Origin: Pseudomonadota bacterium
Lineage (GTDB): Bacteria > Bdellovibrionota > FAC87 > UBA2466
Length of the DNA: 39,120 nt
NCBI GenBank assembly: GCA_043767805.1
Contig: JAYUGC010000034.1
Coordinates: 1-39,120 of the forward strand
Direction: 5' to 3'
The number at the start of each line of letters is the position of its first letter. Position 1 is the first letter of the stretch. The notes under the pieces are model-generated. The model ran no database searches, was not told where the DNA came from, and saw only the letters and a list, made by a program, of their open reading frames with translations. The translations under genes and the position numbers were made by a program. Below, piece after piece: positions 36,362 to 39,120 of the stretch.

Positions 36362-37198
36362 TCAACTCCTGATTAAATCCATGGACATATCGAGGGACGG
36401 GGCCGAGTGAGTCATCTTACCGACGCTCACGTACTGAATGCCGAGAGGCGCGATAACTTTGATCGTTTCCAAATCGACGCCGCCCGAGACTTCGATTTCA
36501 CAACGGCCTGCGATGAGCGCGACGGCCTCTTTCATCTGTGGGATCGTGAAATTATCGAGCATGACGACTTCCGGCGGATCGCCGAGCAGGCCTTTCAAAG
36601 CGTCGAGAGATTGCACTTCCACTTCGATGCGGTGAAGGGGCGAGCGGAGGCGGCGGGCGCGGCGAACCAGCTCCGCGCCATCGACGATTTCCTGATGATT
36701 TTCCTTGATCAGAATGCCGTCACTCAAAGATCGCCGGTGCACGAACCCACCGCCTGCCCGAACCGCAGCAAGCTGCAGATCGCGGAGGCCGGGAAGCGTT
36801 TTCCGTGTGGCCAAGATGCGGACTTTGTGAGGAGCGACCGCCTCGACGAATTGACGAGTCAGCGTCGCCACTCCCGTGAGATGGGACACCAAATTGATGA
36901 GAGTGCGCTCAGTGCCGAGCAAAGTAGCGAGCGAGCCGCTGAGCTTTACGAGATCGGAGCCCTTGGAAAAGGCATGGCCTTCTTCCGCGCAAAATTCCAA
37001 GCGCAGACCGGGCATCACCTGAGCGATGGCTTTTGCCACCGTGGCGCCGGAAAAAACTCCCGCGGCCTTGGAACGCACGACGCCGAGACCGGACTGCTCG
37101 CCGGACTTTTCCAAGAGGCGCGCCGTTACGTCATCGGAGGCCCGATCCGTGTCGAGCTCCTGAAGTATTTGATTGCACAGATGATTCCAATTGCCCAT
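36362..37198 (-). CDS. nadC: Nicotinate-nucleotide pyrophosphorylase (carboxylating)
   Basis: DVT, ERTLIN, TRKTLPGLR, HR..LSD.ILIKENH, IEVEV, MLDNF, EVSGGV, SVGKMTHS; adjacent to nadB and nadA. Confidence 0.92.
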   Translation of the reverse strand: MGNWNHLCNQILQELDTDRASDDVTARLLEKSGEQSGLGVVRSKAAGVFSGATVAKAIAQVMPGLRLEFCAEEGHAFSKGSDLVKLSGSLATLLGTERTLINLVSHLTGVATLTRQFVEAVAPHKVRILATRKTLPGLRDLQLAAVRAGGGFVHRRSLSDGILIKENHQEIVDGAELVRRARRLRSPLHRIEVEVQSLDALKGLLGDPPEVVMLDNFTIPQMKEAVALIAGRCEIEVSGGVDLETIKVIAPLGIQYVSVGKMTHSAPSLDMSMDLIRS

Positions 37199-37259
37199 AG
37201 GGCCGAGAACTAACACGGCATGAGACCGCTCGCAATGGCGCGAACCTTCTTTAAGTGAA

Positions 37260-37916
37260 TCAGGGAGTTCGGCGGAAATTGACCACTTTGGCAAGGCGGC
37301 TATCGGTCCACACTTTTCGGTGTACGAGGACGCGATCGACGAGGCCCAGCACGGCCACTACGGCGAGACCGCCGACGATGTCCATGAAGTAGTGCTGCTT
37401 GGTGGTCAGAGTCGAAAGAATAATGGCGACGGTCCAGACGACGAAGCAGAGAAAGACCGGACGAGACTTGTGCCGCAAGTTCCAGGTCACCACGCTGGTC
37501 AGCGCGACGTGCATGCTGGGAAAGCAATTGTTGGGCGTATCGGCTGCGCCGATGAGGTTCATGCAGAACGAGACGAGCCCGCTCTCCAGGACGGGATACG
37601 CCGGCCGGGGGTAGGTCGTCGGGAAAAAGAGGAAGAACAAACCGCATGTCAGCAGAGTGCCGAAAGCCATGCGCACGTACGCATTCCAGCGATCCATCTC
37701 ATTGATGATGAGGACCGAGGCCGTGAAGATGAGGTAATCGGAGAGATAAATGACGAAGGTCCACGGCAAGAAAGGCACGGCTCTATCGATATTAAGAAGC
37801 GGCAGATAAGTCGGCGCGGAAAGCGGATGGAAATTGGGAAGGATGTAAAAAAGCGCGTAGGCCGCCAAATAGACGAAGAGTAACGTCAATTTATAGCGCC
37901 AGCTTGGACGGATCAT
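37260..37916 (-). CDS. PAP2-superfamily membrane phosphatase/phosphotransferase (AUR1/IPC synthase-like)
   Basis: Multiple TMs; FPTTYPRP, NCFPSMHV, STLTTKQHYFMDI. Confidence 0.8.
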   Translation of the reverse strand: MIRPSWRYKLTLLFVYLAAYALFYILPNFHPLSAPTYLPLLNIDRAVPFLPWTFVIYLSDYLIFTASVLIINEMDRWNAYVRMAFGTLLTCGLFFLFFPTTYPRPAYPVLESGLVSFCMNLIGAADTPNNCFPSMHVALTSVVTWNLRHKSRPVFLCFVVWTVAIILSTLTTKQHYFMDIVGGLAVVAVLGLVDRVLVHRKVWTDSRLAKVVNFRRTP

Positions 37917-37949
37917 AAACTCTTATCTCATCAATTGGGGGGCGTCAGG

Positions 37950-38474
37950 TCAACGCAATAGCTCTTCAATTTCCCGAATGTATTGGATGTCCGCCCAGTT
38001 TCGGGCGCCCTCGTAGACCTTGTTTACCTTTCCTTCACGATCGATCAGGACCGAGATGGGCAAAGAGTCGGTGGCGTAGGATTTGGAATTGTCTTTGCGA
38101 AACTGGAAAATGAGATTGCGGGGATAGCCCTTCTCATTGAGTTTGGCCTTCACGTTCGGCTCCTCCCCCAAGTTGAAGGCGAGCACCAAGAGGCCTTTTT
38201 CGGCGAAGTGGTTTTCCAGCATTTTTAAGGAAGGCATCTCTTCCAGGCAGTCCGTGCACCAGCTCGCCCAAAAGTTGAGGAGAATGACCCGGCCCTTTTT
38301 CTGGGAAAGCTTCTGCTCGCTACCTTCGGGGCCGGTATAGGAAATGTCGGGAGCCGACTCGCCGATCATGCGATTTAAGCTGTGCCGGGAAGAGTGGCTG
38401 AAGACCCAAGCCGCAAGGATGACGCCCGCGATGAGGGTCACCGAAAGAAAAACCTCTCTATGTCCCTTTCGCAT
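37950..38474 (-). CDS. TlpA/ResA-family thiol-disulfide oxidoreductase
   Basis: N-terminal TM anchor; LLNFWASWCTDCLEEMP; cis-Pro loop LPISVLID. Confidence 0.88.
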   Translation of the reverse strand: MRKGHREVFLSVTLIAGVILAAWVFSHSSRHSLNRMIGESAPDISYTGPEGSEQKLSQKKGRVILLNFWASWCTDCLEEMPSLKMLENHFAEKGLLVLAFNLGEEPNVKAKLNEKGYPRNLIFQFRKDNSKSYATDSLPISVLIDREGKVNKVYEGARNWADIQYIREIEELLR

Positions 38475-38522
38475 CCATCCGATTATGGCAACCCGAGGCA
38501 AAACCGTCTACAATCCCCTGCG

Positions 38523-38975
38523 ATGATCAGCAAACCTTTATTTGATGCCCCCCGCGTTGGGGGCGACGTTCTTTCCTGGTGTTCGAAGTGCAAGATGGAT
38601 TTAGCGCACGTGGTCGTCGCCATGAACGGCTCCATTGTGCTGAAGGTCCTCTGTAAGACCTGTAAGTCGCAGCACAACCATAGACGCGGCACCGGCGCGG
38701 CCGCTACCGCGCGGTCCTCTTCGACGCGTACCCCGGGGGCGGCGAAACCTCGGGCCGCGGCCAGGAGCAGTAGCTCCCGATGGGAAGAGCGGCTCGCGGA
38801 GACTCGGGGCAAGGATCCGTCTCCCTACGACGCCAGAAAGGCCTTCGGCAAAGGCGACGTCATGAACCATCCGAACTTCGGCGTGGGCGTCATCGAGGAA
38901 GTAAAAGCCAACGGCAAGATCCTCGTGCTCTTTCGCGACGGCGAAAAGGTCCTGATCCATGCCCGCAGCGCCTGA
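38523..38975 (+). CDS. Hypothetical protein: Zn-ribbon plus Tudor-like C-terminal domain
   Basis: CSKC..H..CKTC..H; Ala/Ser/Arg-rich linker; FGKGDVMNHPNFGVGVI..KILVLF. Confidence 0.75.
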   Translation: MISKPLFDAPRVGGDVLSWCSKCKMDLAHVVVAMNGSIVLKVLCKTCKSQHNHRRGTGAAATARSSSTRTPGAAKPRAAARSSSSRWEERLAETRGKDPSPYDARKAFGKGDVMNHPNFGVGVIEEVKANGKILVLFRDGEKVLIHARSA

Positions 38976-39120
38976 CCTCGTCTTTACGGATTCTGAAAAA
39001 ACGGTGCTCTTGGGCTTTGCCCGCGCGACCCTCGAAGCTTGCCTGGACGAAGTCGAGGGCCCGTTGCTTGCCGCTTTTTTGGATGAGTCGCCGGCCGAAG
39101 CGCCGAGGCGGCGGAATTAC
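38959..39120 (+). CDS. Partial CDS running off the window; possibly AMMECR1/AmmeMemoRadiSam protein A N-terminus
   Basis: Open frame MPAAPDLVFTDSEKTVLLGFARATLEACL…; the E..LL..AR..LE pattern resembles AMMECR1-family starts. Confidence 0.45.
   Translation, partial: MPAAPDLVFTDSEKTVLLGFARATLEACLDEVEGPLLAAFLDESPAEAPRRRNY

Overview
Moderately GC-rich, densely coding bacterial chromosome window; gene content and the many orphan secreted proteins suggest a Bdellovibrionota/deltaproteobacterial-type genome (inference). No rRNA, tRNA, CRISPR array, transposase or integrase was recognised. Housekeeping blocks: a glutathione cluster (gshB, ggt, divergent Nit1-like amidase), a FadF-like Fe-S oxidoreductase, bioB, alaS-lptG-def, a fmt-rpe-hutH-hutU-hutI run with overlapping stop/start codons, and nadC-nadB-nadA. 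An accessory stretch (about 8.1-20.5 kb) is rich in exported proteins: a catalase-related haem protein, a signal-peptide VTC/CYTH-like protein, a redoxin + cytochrome c + PHM-type copper monooxygenase fusion coupled to a large secreted partner and divergent from an atypical Crp/Fnr regulator, and a divergent pair of paralogous His/Cys (DUF4105-like) proteins. The best candidate for an uncharacterised system is the copper monooxygenase locus (10.5-15.3 kb), including repeated operator-like motifs and an orphan terminator (possible sRNA) in its intergenic region. All calls come from motif recognition by eye; no database searches were run.
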